A program made the position numbers and the translations under genes. The notes beneath the pieces were generated by a model. That model was not told where the DNA came from. It ran no database searches and saw only the letters and a program-made list of their open reading frames with translations. This document shows, piece after piece, positions 27,275 through 37,588 of a stretch of DNA of 64,000 nucleotides; the first letter of the stretch is position 1, and the number at the start of each line of letters is the position of its first letter. The DNA lies in IMG/VR virus record IMGVR_UViG_3300043570_001980, positions 62,001 through 126,000 of that record. One strand, written 5' to 3'.

Positions 27275-27360
27275 ACACCTTAGGACCGGTACTTGTTACC
27301 GTGGTGTAGGCGGCTGCTGCCTTGGACGGCCTGATTCGCTACCAGGAATCCAAAAGTGAG
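27275..27360 (+). ncRNA. Candidate structured RNA (multi-hairpin with possible pseudoknot)
   Basis: GC-rich island in an AT-rich intergenic region: ACACC/GGTGT, CGGTA/TACCG, AGGC/GCCT, TGGA/TCCA, CCTG/CAGG. Confidence 0.5.
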
Positions 27361-27372
27361 CATAATTACTAT

Positions 27373-28443
27373 ATGTCAAAATACAAACTAAATTGGATAC
27401 AAAAACCACTAGTACAATTTCCAGCAAAAAATTTTCAAAATCTTGTTTGTCTTAGTCCTTTTGTGGGCATGTGCATTGATACAGATGGTGGAATAACATT
27501 ATGTGGTTGTCAAGATTGGATGCCCTCCAAGGTTGGAAATTTATTAATCAATTCACTAGACGAAATATTGTCCAATGCTGGCAGTACCAATATACGTCAA
27601 AGCATCATCAACGGAACCTACGACTTTTGCAATGAAAACACCTGTGGAGTTTTAAAAAGTGATCTACTTAATGTTAAAGAAAATGTAGGCGATGATATTA
27701 AGCCCTTGCTTCTTGATGCATCTCGTTACATTATGCCCAAAGAGATTTGGGTATCCGGCGATCGCACCTGTAATCTCAGTTGCCCAAGTTGTCGAACGGA
27801 AATTATAAAAAACAATGATGCACAGACCGAACATCTAGAACACCTAGGGCAAACGCTAAAATCAAATCTGTTTTGTACACCCACTGATCGACCAATTGTA
27901 CTACACGTGAGTACCAGTGGGGAACTGTTTGCTAGTCCAATGTTGTTGTCGTTTGTTAACACAATATCAACTGAGGATTTTCCAAACGTACAATTGGCTA
28001 TACAATCAAATGGTTTACTGGTACCAGAACGATGGCATCGACTCGAGAGCATGCAAGAAAAAGTAAAATCAATTACCATTACCACTGATGCCGCAAGGCC
28101 CGCTACATATGAAAAATTGCGTCGTGGTGGACGCTGGGACGACCTACAACATGCATTATTGTGGATCTCTGAAAAGAAAAAACAAAATGGCATGCTGTTT
28201 AAAATTCGAATGATTGTTCAAAAAGATAATTTTGAAGAAATGCTAGAATTTTACAACATGGGACAGGAACTGGGCGTAGATTTAGTCGAATATGGAAGAA
28301 TTGGAAATTGGGGTACATTTTCCAACGATGAATTTAAGTTGATTGATGTATTTAATCCCAAACACAGTCAATATCCACAAGCACAAGAAAACTTAGATCA
28401 AATAAAAAATCTTGACCGAGTAATTTTATTTGGCGGATTATAA
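27373..28443 (+). CDS. Radical SAM protein with an N-terminal SPASM/twitch-like Cys cluster
   Basis: CNLSCPSC (CxxxCxxC) and CLSPF...LCGC. Start moved to ATG 27373. Confidence 0.8.
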   Translation: MSKYKLNWIQKPLVQFPAKNFQNLVCLSPFVGMCIDTDGGITLCGCQDWMPSKVGNLLINSLDEILSNAGSTNIRQSIINGTYDFCNENTCGVLKSDLLNVKENVGDDIKPLLLDASRYIMPKEIWVSGDRTCNLSCPSCRTEIIKNNDAQTEHLEHLGQTLKSNLFCTPTDRPIVLHVSTSGELFASPMLLSFVNTISTEDFPNVQLAIQSNGLLVPERWHRLESMQEKVKSITITTDAARPATYEKLRRGGRWDDLQHALLWISEKKKQNGMLFKIRMIVQKDNFEEMLEFYNMGQELGVDLVEYGRIGNWGTFSNDEFKLIDVFNPKHSQYPQAQENLDQIKNLDRVILFGGL

Positions 28444-28467
28444 TTCTACCAAAACAGCCATATATTG

Positions 28468-28496
28468 TTGACCTAGGCAGGTAAACCTGTTATACT
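28468..28496 (+). promoter_or_regulatory. Sigma70-type promoter
   Basis: TTGACC-17 nt-TATACT upstream of the replication block. Confidence 0.65.
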
Positions 28497-28516
28497 ATGT
28501 TTTTAGGAGAACTCTC

Positions 28517-28777
28517 GTGGACAACAAAACATTTAATGGCGATCAAAAGATTAAACTTATTCAAATTATCAATGAAGGCATGCAAGTCATGCACGAAGTT
28601 GAAACTTTAAATGGCGGCCTAAACGATACCATTAAAGCCATCGCCGAAGAACTTGAAATCAAACCAGCTGTTCTTAAAAAAGCAATCAAGATCGCACACA
28701 AAGCTGAACTAGGAAAAACACGACAGGACCACGAGCTCCTGGAAACTATTCTCGAAACTGCCGGCAAAACTCTTTAA
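28517..28777 (+). CDS. Small DNA-binding protein (T4 DsbA / GapR-like)
   Basis: Helical pattern LNDTIKAIAEELEIKPAVLKKAIKIAHK; aggaga SD. Confidence 0.5.
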   Translation: MDNKTFNGDQKIKLIQIINEGMQVMHEVETLNGGLNDTIKAIAEELEIKPAVLKKAIKIAHKAELGKTRQDHELLETILETAGKTL

Positions 28778-28786
28778 AGGTAAAAT

Positions 28787-29380
28787 ATGGCATTAGTACC
28801 AATGGTGCTGGAACAAACCAGCAAAGGTGAGCGTAGCTATGATATCTATAGCCGCTTGTTACGTGACCGTGTGATTTTACTTGAAGGTGAAGTACATGAT
28901 CAAATGGCAAATCTAATTGTTGCTCAACTACTATTTCTCGAGAGCGAAAACCCAGACAAAGATATCAGTATGTACATCAACAGCCCTGGAGGTAGTGTCA
29001 CTGCTGGTATGGCTATCTATGATACCATGCAGTTTATTAAACCCGATGTTAATACCATTGTAATGGGACAAGCATGTAGCATGGGAAGTTTGTTGGCACA
29101 ATCGGGTGCCAAAGGCAAGCGCATGATCCTGCCTAATGCACGACACATGATACACCAACCTAGTGGTGGCGCTCGTGGCATGCAAAGCGATATCGAAATT
29201 AGCTACAAAGAAATTACCTATTTGAAGAAACGTTTAACTGAAATTTATGTCAAGCACAACTCAACGGGTAAAACTTTTGAACAGCTAACTGAAGATATGG
29301 ATCGTGACAAGTTTATGTCAGCAGAGGAATCAGTTAATTACGGTCTTGCCGACAAAGTGATAACTACACGTGATATTTAA
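28787..29380 (+). CDS. clpP: ATP-dependent Clp protease proteolytic subunit
   Basis: [23 protein letters not shown] (catalytic Ser), MIHQP, DRD. Confidence 0.95.
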   Translation: MALVPMVLEQTSKGERSYDIYSRLLRDRVILLEGEVHDQMANLIVAQLLFLESENPDKDISMYINSPGGSVTAGMAIYDTMQFIKPDVNTIVMGQACSMGSLLAQSGAKGKRMILPNARHMIHQPSGGARGMQSDIEISYKEITYLKKRLTEIYVKHNSTGKTFEQLTEDMDRDKFMSAEESVNYGLADKVITTRDI

Positions 29381-29396
29381 TGTTAAGTGGAGATAA

Positions 29397-32057
29397 ATGA
29401 GTTACATTGACGCACTATTTGATCGTGAGCACGATCGTATTCACATTGTGGGTCGTAAGAATGGACAAAGGTACTACGAAGAATACCCTGCCAACTACAT
29501 CTTTTATTATGATGACCCTAGAGGCAAGTTTCAAAGCATCTATGGCACATCTGTCAGTAGATTCTCCACACGCAACAACAAAGAGTTTCGTAAGGAACTG
29601 CGAGTACAAAGTCACAAGAACTTGTACGAAGCAGATATCAAACCTGTGTTTAGATGCCTGGAAGAAAACTACAAAGGGCAAGACGGCCCTAAACTTAATG
29701 TAGCGTTCTTTGACATTGAAGTAGACTTTGATCCTGAACGTGGCTTCAGCAGACCCGATGATCCATTCAATCCTATCACTGCTATCAGTGTTTACATGGA
29801 CTGGCTGGACCAGATGGTCACCTTGGTTGTTCCACCTAGGCACATGAGTGCAGAGACTGCAAATGAAATTGCTAGAGAATTCCCTAACTGTTTTGTGTTT
29901 GAAAAAGAAGCAGACTTGTTGGATACCTTTTTAAATCTTATTGAAGACGCAGATGTGCTGAGTGGCTGGAACTCAGAAGGCTACGACATACCATATACAA
30001 TCAACAGAACAACTCGTGTGCTCAGCAAAGATGACACCAGGAGATTCTGCTTGTGGGGGCAACTGCCCAAGAAGCGTATGTTTGAACGTTTTGGCAGTGA
30101 AAATGAGACCTTTGACTTGATTGGCCGTGTGCATCTAGACTACATGCAATTGTATCGCAAATACACATACGAAGAGCGACATTCATACAGTCTAGATGCA
30201 ATTGGTGAGTACGAAGAACTGGGATCAAAGACAGCATTTGAAGGTACCTTGGACCAGTTGTACAATCAAAACTTCAAAACATTCATTGAGTACAACAGAC
30301 AAGATACAAAACTGTTGAGTGACATTGACAAGAAACTGCGTTTCCTAGACCTAGCCAATACCTTGGCACATGAGAATACTGTGTTACTGCCAACCACCAT
30401 GGGTGCTGTGGCAGTGACAGAACAAGCAATTATTAATGAAGCCCACGAACGTGGAATGGTAGTTCCTAACCGTAAAGAAAGACTCACAGATGAAGACACG
30501 CAAGCCGCAGGTGCCTATGTTGCTTATCCCAAAAAAGGAGTCCACGAATACATTGGTAGTATCGACATCAACTCGCTCTACCCGTCAGCAATCCGTGCTC
30601 TTAACATGGGACCCGAAACCATTGTTGGTCAACTCCGACCGATAATGACAGATCATTTGATTCGAGAAAAGACCAGCAAAGGTTCCAGTTTTGCCGGTGC
30701 CTGGGAGGGCTTGTTTGCCACCATGGAATACACAGCAGTGATGGAACAGCAACGTGGCACAGAGATCACCATTGACTGGCAGTCGGGCGAGGAGACTGTG
30801 CATAGTGCCGCCGAAATATGGAAGATGATCTTTGATTCAAATCAACCCTGGATCTTGAGCGCCAATGGCACTATCTTTACCTATGCCACAGAAGGCATCA
30901 TACCAGGCTTGTTAAAACGTTGGTATGCTGAACGTAAAGAAATGCAGGCCAAACTAAAAGAATGCAAAACAAAAGAAGATGAAGAATACTGGGACAAGCG
31001 TCAGTTGGTCAAGAAGATTAACTTGAACAGCTTGTATGGTGCTATTCTTAATCCTGGTTGTAGATTCTTTGACAAACGAATTGGTCAAAGTACCACTTTG
31101 ACTGGGCGTAGCATTGCCCGGCACATGGATGCTCATGTGAACGAGTGCATACATGGCAAGTATGATCACACAGGCGAAAGCATCATTTATGGTGACACAG
31201 ACTCCTGTTACTTTAGTGCATGGAGTGCTGTCAAAGCCGAAGTAGAAGCAGGTCGCATGGAATGGTCAAAAGAAATTGCCATTGCATTGTATGACTCTAT
31301 TGCTGAACAAGTGAATCAAAGTTTCCCAGGATTTATGGAACAGGCATTTCATGTGCCAAGAGAAATGGGATCAATTATCAAGGGCGGTCGAGAAATTGTT
31401 GCCAGCAAAGGATTATTCATTACCAAGAAGCGTTATGCTGTGATGATCATTGACAAGGAAGGCAAGCGACTGGATGTGGCAGGCAAGCCAGGCAAGGTCA
31501 AGGCCATGGGCCTGGATTTGAAGCGCAGTGACACGCCCAAGGTCATTCAAGAATTTCTCAGTGACATTCTTAACGAAGTATTGATAGGTACCAAGCGTGA
31601 GATCATCATTGAAAAAATCCGAGACTTCAAGTACATATTTGCTGATCGTCCAGGTTGGGAAAAAGGTTCGCCCAAGCGTGTGAACAACTTGACCAAGTAT
31701 GCGGCAGAAGAAGCCCGCTTGGGCAAAGCCAACATGCCCGGGCATGTTAGAGCAGCCATCAACTGGAATAACATGCGTAAGATGAACGGGGACAACTATT
31801 CCATGCAAGTGGTTGACGGTATGAAAACCATTGTGTGCAAACTAAAATCAAATCCCCTGGGCTGGACATCAATTGGTTATCCCACAGACGAACTACATTT
31901 GCCACAATGGTTCAAAGACTTGCCGTTCAACGATGGCGAGATGGAGGCCACTGTTGTGGATCAAAAAATTGATAACTTGTTGGGTGTACTAGAATGGGAT
32001 CTTGCTAGTGCAACCAACACAGAAAATACATTTCAAACATTATTTGACTTCTCATGA
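29397..32057 (+). CDS. Family B DNA polymerase (T4 gp43-like)
   Basis: Exonuclease FFDIE and GWNSEGYD; polymerase DINSLYP, KINLNSLYG, YGDTDS, KKRY. Confidence 0.95.
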   Translation: MSYIDALFDREHDRIHIVGRKNGQRYYEEYPANYIFYYDDPRGKFQSIYGTSVSRFSTRNNKEFRKELRVQSHKNLYEADIKPVFRCLEENYKGQDGPKLNVAFFDIEVDFDPERGFSRPDDPFNPITAISVYMDWLDQMVTLVVPPRHMSAETANEIAREFPNCFVFEKEADLLDTFLNLIEDADVLSGWNSEGYDIPYTINRTTRVLSKDDTRRFCLWGQLPKKRMFERFGSENETFDLIGRVHLDYMQLYRKYTYEERHSYSLDAIGEYEELGSKTAFEGTLDQLYNQNFKTFIEYNRQDTKLLSDIDKKLRFLDLANTLAHENTVLLPTTMGAVAVTEQAIINEAHERGMVVPNRKERLTDEDTQAAGAYVAYPKKGVHEYIGSIDINSLYPSAIRALNMGPETIVGQLRPIMTDHLIREKTSKGSSFAGAWEGLFATMEYTAVMEQQRGTEITIDWQSGEETVHSAAEIWKMIFDSNQPWILSANGTIFTYATEGIIPGLLKRWYAERKEMQAKLKECKTKEDEEYWDKRQLVKKINLNSLYGAILNPGCRFFDKRIGQSTTLTGRSIARHMDAHVNECIHGKYDHTGESIIYGDTDSCYFSAWSAVKAEVEAGRMEWSKEIAIALYDSIAEQVNQSFPGFMEQAFHVPREMGSIIKGGREIVASKGLFITKKRYAVMIIDKEGKRLDVAGKPGKVKAMGLDLKRSDTPKVIQEFLSDILNEVLIGTKREIIIEKIRDFKYIFADRPGWEKGSPKRVNNLTKYAAEEARLGKANMPGHVRAAINWNNMRKMNGDNYSMQVVDGMKTIVCKLKSNPLGWTSIGYPTDELHLPQWFKDLPFNDGEMEATVVDQKIDNLLGVLEWDLASATNTENTFQTLFDFS

Positions 32058-32998
32058 AATTAAGTTCTCTTGTGGCATACAAAAATTTGCTAGACGATTT
32101 AACACCAATTGATGTTATTCCGCTCACGCACGAAAAACTTGGACCAGTATTACATACAGTAGCTACCCACGGAATTCAATTTAACGATTTAATTCGAGAA
32201 TTAGAGGACGACTACAAAAATATTAATTCAGCGTTTACTAAATTTGACGACACCATTGAGAAAGTCAAAGAAGAACTTGCATCAATAATTTCCAATCAGG
32301 AATCGGCGTATTTTCAAGAAAGTTATAGACTATATGATCAAGAAATGGTGCATGACTCAGCTGAATACATTTTAGATCGACGGCCTACTCTGGAACACTC
32401 AGCATTTGATTTTATCAAAGGAAGAATTGGGCTGTATGGTGACTGGCATCATGCAGGTATGATTATTCGTCCGGGTCGAGAAGATTGGATACGGCAATTG
32501 GTTGGTTGCGATCCGTTGTATCTTGTTGATGTTACCAATGAGTTGTTAGATCCTGCTGTATTAAAATTTAGTAGACAATATCAACGTCGACTACGATCGT
32601 ATGTGATCCAAGAATCATGTGAACACACTATGCTGGATAACATCCCTGACAATCAATTTGGGTTTTGTCTTGCTTATAACTTTTTTAATTTTAAACCATT
32701 TGAAGTAATCAAATGTTACCTTATTGAAATATACAAAAAACTCAAAAATGGTGGAACATTTGCTATAACATTTAACGATTGCGACCGTGCCGCAGGAGTT
32801 GAATTGACCGAGCGTAGCTTTATGTGCTACACACCCGGCGCAATGGTATTAAATCTTGCACGTTCAATAGGGTATGAAGTGAGACAAACATTTCATGTAG
32901 ATGCGGCCAGCTGTTGGGTAGAATTGCGTAAGCCGGGTACATTGTCCAGTATTAGAGGTGGACAAAGTTTGGCCGAAATCGTTGCAAAATCTAAATAA
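32054..32998 (+). CDS. Class I SAM-dependent methyltransferase-like protein
   Basis: C-terminal LAYNFF...IYKKLKNGGTFAITF Rossmann-MTase pattern. Confidence 0.5.
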   Translation: MKLSSLVAYKNLLDDLTPIDVIPLTHEKLGPVLHTVATHGIQFNDLIRELEDDYKNINSAFTKFDDTIEKVKEELASIISNQESAYFQESYRLYDQEMVHDSAEYILDRRPTLEHSAFDFIKGRIGLYGDWHHAGMIIRPGREDWIRQLVGCDPLYLVDVTNELLDPAVLKFSRQYQRRLRSYVIQESCEHTMLDNIPDNQFGFCLAYNFFNFKPFEVIKCYLIEIYKKLKNGGTFAITFNDCDRAAGVELTERSFMCYTPGAMVLNLARSIGYEVRQTFHVDAASCWVELRKPGTLSSIRGGQSLAEIVAKSK

Positions 32999-33033
32999 CC
33001 CTTGTATAATACTTTTAACACTTTGGAGAAAAT

Positions 33034-33765
33034 ATGAAAGACCACTTACTAGACTTAGTACAACACACATTCGATCTTGGCTGTATCGACCTAATTAAGA
33101 TTACAGGAACAGAAACCGAAACTGTCATCGACGGCATGGCCGAAGATCGTTCAGTTGTAGTCCAGGCTAAATTTTTAAATCCAGTTCCTGACTTTATTGG
33201 CACATTTGGCATGCCTAATCTAAGCAAACTTAAAATTCTATTAAACTTGCAAGAGTATAAAGAAAATGCTGAGATCACTGTCAAGCGACAAGACCGCAAT
33301 GGTGAATCTGTGCCGGTGGGCTTACACTTTAAAAACAAAGTAGGCGACTTTAAAAACGACTATCGTTTTATGACCAGTGAGATAATTGCCGAAAAACTTA
33401 AAACAGTCAAGTTCAAGGGTGTGAACTGGCACATTGAATTCGAACCAACCAATGCAGGAATTCAACGTCTTAAGATGCAAAGTCAGGCCAATGCAGAAGA
33501 GCCATCGTTTCAAGCACGTACCGAAGGTACAGATCTAAAATTATATTTTGGTGATCACTCAACACATGCTGGTGAATTTGTGTTCCACTCAGGTATCAGT
33601 GGACAATTGAAACGTGCATGGTCTTGGCCCAAGTCACAGGTAATCAGTATTCTAGATCTAACTGGTGATAAAACATTTAAAATCAGCGATGACGGTGCCG
33701 CACAGATTACTGTAAACAGTGGCATTGCAGAATACAATTATATTCTTCCAGCACATAGCAAATAA
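33034..33765 (+). CDS. Sliding clamp (gp45-like)
   Basis: 243 aa with repeated beta-alpha pattern, FGMPNLSKL and C-terminal YNYILPA; near the polymerase. Confidence 0.7.
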   Translation: MKDHLLDLVQHTFDLGCIDLIKITGTETETVIDGMAEDRSVVVQAKFLNPVPDFIGTFGMPNLSKLKILLNLQEYKENAEITVKRQDRNGESVPVGLHFKNKVGDFKNDYRFMTSEIIAEKLKTVKFKGVNWHIEFEPTNAGIQRLKMQSQANAEEPSFQARTEGTDLKLYFGDHSTHAGEFVFHSGISGQLKRAWSWPKSQVISILDLTGDKTFKISDDGAAQITVNSGIAEYNYILPAHSK

Positions 33766-33780
33766 AAGATTGTTATTCTG

Positions 33781-35346
33781 ATGGATCTTAAAGAAAATAA
33801 TAGCTCAGTCACGCAGGACAATTTAACAGCACAGCAAAGTGACTATGCTGTGTTTTTGCCTGCTATTAGTAGTTTCTATGCTTCGTATGTGGGCAGGCAA
33901 CGTACTGAACAATATATTGAACCAGCACGTATGCCCACAGCAATCCCTGACATGGAAATGCTTAATTGGCTCAGTCCACAAAAAGGGTTATTTCCATACA
34001 AGTACAGTCTTTACTCAGCGGGTCATGCCAACCTAGATCTGGCCAAGGTAGATCCAAAAGAAGACATGGTTCGAAACAGGGATCCAAACAGTCTCATGAT
34101 TTTGGACTCCGGCGGATTCCAGATAGCCAAGGGTGTATGGCCCGGTCGCTGGGCTGATCCCACAGACAAAGCCGCAGAGAAAAAACGCAGAGCAGTATTA
34201 GAATGGCAATGCGGTCTGGGCACATACGGAATGACCATGGATATTCCAACTTGGACATTCCGTGATCCAAAGGCCGCTGCCGCATGTGGTATTTTTAGCT
34301 ACGACGATGCAGTGAGTGCCACAAAGTACAACAACGAATATTGGATTAAAAATAGACACGGCAATGTCAAGATTCTAAATGTACTGCAAGGTGGTAATCA
34401 TGGAGAGGCCGACCACTGGTACAGTTTGATGAAGGATTACTGCGACCCTTCCAAATACGAACGACCATTTAACGGCTGGGGCATGGGTGGTCAGAACATG
34501 TGTGATGTTCACTTGGTTCTAAAAAGATTAATTACACTAATTCACGATGGTCTATTAGAAGAAGGCCTACATGATTGGATGCACTTTTTAGGTACAAGCA
34601 AACTTGAGTGGGCGTGTTTGCTTACTGATGTTCAACGTGCAGTTAGACGTTATCACAATCCCAAGTTCACCATCAGCTTTGACTGTGCCAGCCCTTTCCT
34701 TGCCACAGCCAATGGACAAATCTACACCAATCTACGTGTGGAAGATAGAGGCAAGTGGTCTTATCAAATGGAACCAACTGCAGATGATAAAAAATATTCT
34801 ATCGACACAAGAAGTTTTAGAGATGCAGTAATACAAGACAAAGTACACAGCTTGTTTGAAGACAGTCCAATTAGTTCAAGAATGGGCATTAAGGATGTTT
34901 GCATTTATAAACCTGGTGATCTTAATAAGATTGGCAAAGAAGGTCGCACATCATGGGATAGTTTTAGCTATGCTTTGATGATGGGGCACAATGTTTGGCA
35001 TCACATTCGAGCAGTACAGGAAGCAAATAGGCAATATGATGCAGGCTTGTTGCCCGGAATGCTTGTCCGAGAAACCTTTGATCGTGTAAAATTTAGGGAC
35101 TTAATAGATAAAATCTTTAGCCTTAAAGACAGACAAAAGAGTCTTGACTTGATTAACCAACATTCGAAGTTTTGGGATCAGATCATAGGCACTAGAGGTT
35201 TTACTGGTAAGAAAACAACCAACGCACATACACAATTTAATAACTTGTTTGAAGTTGAAAGCACCCGGTCATCAGATGAGTTTGATGAATCACTTTTAGA
35301 TCAATTGGAGAATTTAAATGCACAAGGGAAAAATTCGCATGCTTGA
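33781..35346 (+). CDS. dpdA: DNA 7-deazaguanine transglycosylase (TGT-fold, DpdA/DpdA2-like)
   Basis: ILDSGGFQ, MTMD, LNVLQGG, MHFLG, ISFDCASP; folE, queD and queE nearby. Confidence 0.8.
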   Translation: MDLKENNSSVTQDNLTAQQSDYAVFLPAISSFYASYVGRQRTEQYIEPARMPTAIPDMEMLNWLSPQKGLFPYKYSLYSAGHANLDLAKVDPKEDMVRNRDPNSLMILDSGGFQIAKGVWPGRWADPTDKAAEKKRRAVLEWQCGLGTYGMTMDIPTWTFRDPKAAAACGIFSYDDAVSATKYNNEYWIKNRHGNVKILNVLQGGNHGEADHWYSLMKDYCDPSKYERPFNGWGMGGQNMCDVHLVLKRLITLIHDGLLEEGLHDWMHFLGTSKLEWACLLTDVQRAVRRYHNPKFTISFDCASPFLATANGQIYTNLRVEDRGKWSYQMEPTADDKKYSIDTRSFRDAVIQDKVHSLFEDSPISSRMGIKDVCIYKPGDLNKIGKEGRTSWDSFSYALMMGHNVWHHIRAVQEANRQYDAGLLPGMLVRETFDRVKFRDLIDKIFSLKDRQKSLDLINQHSKFWDQIIGTRGFTGKKTTNAHTQFNNLFEVESTRSSDEFDESLLDQLENLNAQGKNSHA

Positions 35347-35524
35347 GGAGTCACACCGTGTGCTCCATGACAAGATTGACACATTAGAAAAGTCGGGTGT
35401 GTACACCGACGAGTTAATGCAAAATCTTAAAAAACAAAAACTAACAGTTTTAGATCAACTGTCAGCACTACGCAAACAACAATACGAATACGAACAAGAG
35501 ATTCCCTGGGATGATGAACGATGA
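35318..35524 (+). CDS. DUF465/YdcH-like coiled-coil protein
   Basis: LEESHRVLHDKI...LKKQKLTVLDQL pattern. Confidence 0.6.
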   Translation: MHKGKIRMLEESHRVLHDKIDTLEKSGVYTDELMQNLKKQKLTVLDQLSALRKQQYEYEQEIPWDDER

Positions 35525-36063
35525 ATCGCGAAGGTCACAATAATATCAAGTTCTTCTTTGGCAAAGAAGTTGAACACACTCCTGCTTATGGAATGAATAC
35601 TCTTTTTGTAGTTGGATTACAATCGCCCAATGACATTAAAGAAATATTAGATGAGCAAAATAGTCACTCAGATTCTACCCAGCGTATAAAACACATTTAC
35701 TTTGGCGCAAATATGAGTTTTCCAATTCATATTGAAACCAATGATGCTGTTTTTTGGAATCCTTGGGAAAAATTAATTCAATACTTTTTAGACCTAGGTT
35801 ATTGGTGTACTCTTGACATTGACCAAAAAAATGTCGAAGGACTGTTGGAAAGCGGATTAGTTGAACATCACTTGTTCATTCCAATGATCAGTGTTAAACT
35901 ACCTTACATCCAACAACTAGGATACAATGCCACAATTAAACTAGATGATAAAGACTTTGCCGCTACCAATCCTGGCGTCTGGTGTCATAGTCTGCATGAG
36001 TTAACAAGGCGCGAAACATTCACTGACTGGACTCAGTATAAAAATGATTCAACGTTTAAATAA
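35521..36063 (+). CDS. Hypothetical protein next to dpdA
   Basis: GKEVEHTPAYG, HIYFGAN, GVWCH; coupled by ATGA. Confidence 0.6.
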   Translation: MNREGHNNIKFFFGKEVEHTPAYGMNTLFVVGLQSPNDIKEILDEQNSHSDSTQRIKHIYFGANMSFPIHIETNDAVFWNPWEKLIQYFLDLGYWCTLDIDQKNVEGLLESGLVEHHLFIPMISVKLPYIQQLGYNATIKLDDKDFAATNPGVWCHSLHELTRRETFTDWTQYKNDSTFK

Positions 36064-36073
36064 GGAAATAAAA

Positions 36074-36265
36074 ATGGCAAAACTAACTAAACTTGCAAAA
36101 GTAAATGAAAACATCAGTCTTAATCGTTATGACAACGGCTTCATGGTAGAAGTTGGTGGTCGCGATAAGAAAGAAGAATGGAAGACCGCCAAGGTTATGT
36201 GCAATACAGAAGAAGAACTTATTGCAGTGGTCAAAGAGTGGATTTCAATGGACTTAGATAATTAA
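36074..36265 (+). CDS. Small hypothetical protein
   Basis: taagga SD and ATG 36074. Confidence 0.6.
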   Translation: MAKLTKLAKVNENISLNRYDNGFMVEVGGRDKKEEWKTAKVMCNTEEELIAVVKEWISMDLDN

Positions 36266-36275
36266 GGAGAAAAAT

Positions 36276-36971
36276 ATGTTTGGTGCAAATTATACTGATA
36301 ATGGTATTGTAAATTACCGCTCAGCAGAAGAAATCAATTCAGCAATGGGTCGTGTGTATGGACACATGAGTCTTGCTGTAATAGTATCAATGTTTGTGAG
36401 TTACTTTGTAGGATCTAGTCCAGAGTTGCTGGCATTCTTTTTTACAGGTTGGTTGAAATGGATTGTGATCTTTTCACCACTTGCGGCAATCTTTGGTGTT
36501 GCTATGGTACTAGGTAACAATCCTACTAAGAGTGTGGCACAGTTATGCTTGCATGGCTTTGCGGCCCTGATGGGCCTGAGTTTTGCAATGATCTTTGCTG
36601 TGTTCACTATGGGATCAATTGTGTCAGCATTTATGGGTGCTGCCATTCTGTTTGGGGTGATGAGTGGCTATGGCTACTTCACCAAACAAAGTCTAGATAG
36701 CATGGGCAAGTTTATGTTTGTTGGACTGATTGCTATTGTTATTGCCAGTATTGTGAATATCTTTATTGGATCAACTGTGATGCAGATGGTGATCTCCGCA
36801 CTAGCAATTATTATCTTCCTTGGATTGACTGCCTATGACACGCAAAAGATTCGTGAAGAACTCAGTACCGAAACCAGCGACGTGGCCGAAGTTCGTGGTG
36901 CGCTGACCTTGTACATGGACTTTATCAACTTGTTCTTGAACCTGTTGCAGTTGTTTGGTGATAGGAAATAA
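36276..36971 (+). CDS. Bax inhibitor-1 / YccA family membrane protein
   Basis: About 7 TM helices; AYDTQKI and ALTLYMDFINLFL. Confidence 0.9.
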   Translation: MFGANYTDNGIVNYRSAEEINSAMGRVYGHMSLAVIVSMFVSYFVGSSPELLAFFFTGWLKWIVIFSPLAAIFGVAMVLGNNPTKSVAQLCLHGFAALMGLSFAMIFAVFTMGSIVSAFMGAAILFGVMSGYGYFTKQSLDSMGKFMFVGLIAIVIASIVNIFIGSTVMQMVISALAIIIFLGLTAYDTQKIREELSTETSDVAEVRGALTLYMDFINLFLNLLQLFGDRK

Positions 36972-36973
36972 TT

Positions 36974-37165
36974 GTGACTGACCTAGCAACGGCGTTAGAG
37001 TCGCATGACTGGAGTTTAGATGGTTATGCAACAAGACCGCAACTGGATCAGTTGATGAAGTCTCATGCTGATGTTGCAGAAGCAAACACACTATGGGAAC
37101 AACATTGTCCCTGGAGCAAAACCAATGGTGGCTACATTGTCTGGGCCGCTTGCATTACTAAGTAA
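36974..37165 (+). CDS. Small hypothetical protein
   Basis: Fills the gap; GTG start. Confidence 0.4.
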   Translation: MTDLATALESHDWSLDGYATRPQLDQLMKSHADVAEANTLWEQHCPWSKTNGGYIVWAACITK

Positions 37166-37177
37166 AGGAGCCAAATC

Positions 37178-37588
37178 ATGGCAACATGGACGCTAAAAAC
37201 GCTACACAAAAAGTCTGCTGTTGAACGACAGTTCTGGTACAAAGACGGCAAAGTAATCATTCGTGAAGAAGGTTATCGTTGGGGCGAGTTCTATTGCGAA
37301 AGCGATGAACAACCTGTTATTGAGCCTGAAGATGGAGAATACAATCTAAGCGAAAGTGATTATGATTGGGAACTGTCAAGTCTTGACGATGGATGTTGGG
37401 CTGATTGGACTTTTCCTGAGGACATGACGGAAGAAGAACAAGCAGAGATTGAAACAGCATGGGATGAAGATTACTTTGATGGCATGGAAGAACTAGGTTG
37501 GTCAAACAATGACACAGATTACATCTTACAAGGACCGCTAGAGTTGACTGATGAAGAAGGCAATGTTGTATATTCAGGAGAAGAATGA
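37178..37588 (+). CDS. Acidic hypothetical protein (paralog of 37764..38243)
   Basis: KTLHKKSAV...EGYRWG...WDEDYFDG...GW. Confidence 0.6.
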   Translation: MATWTLKTLHKKSAVERQFWYKDGKVIIREEGYRWGEFYCESDEQPVIEPEDGEYNLSESDYDWELSSLDDGCWADWTFPEDMTEEEQAEIETAWDEDYFDGMEELGWSNNDTDYILQGPLELTDEEGNVVYSGEE

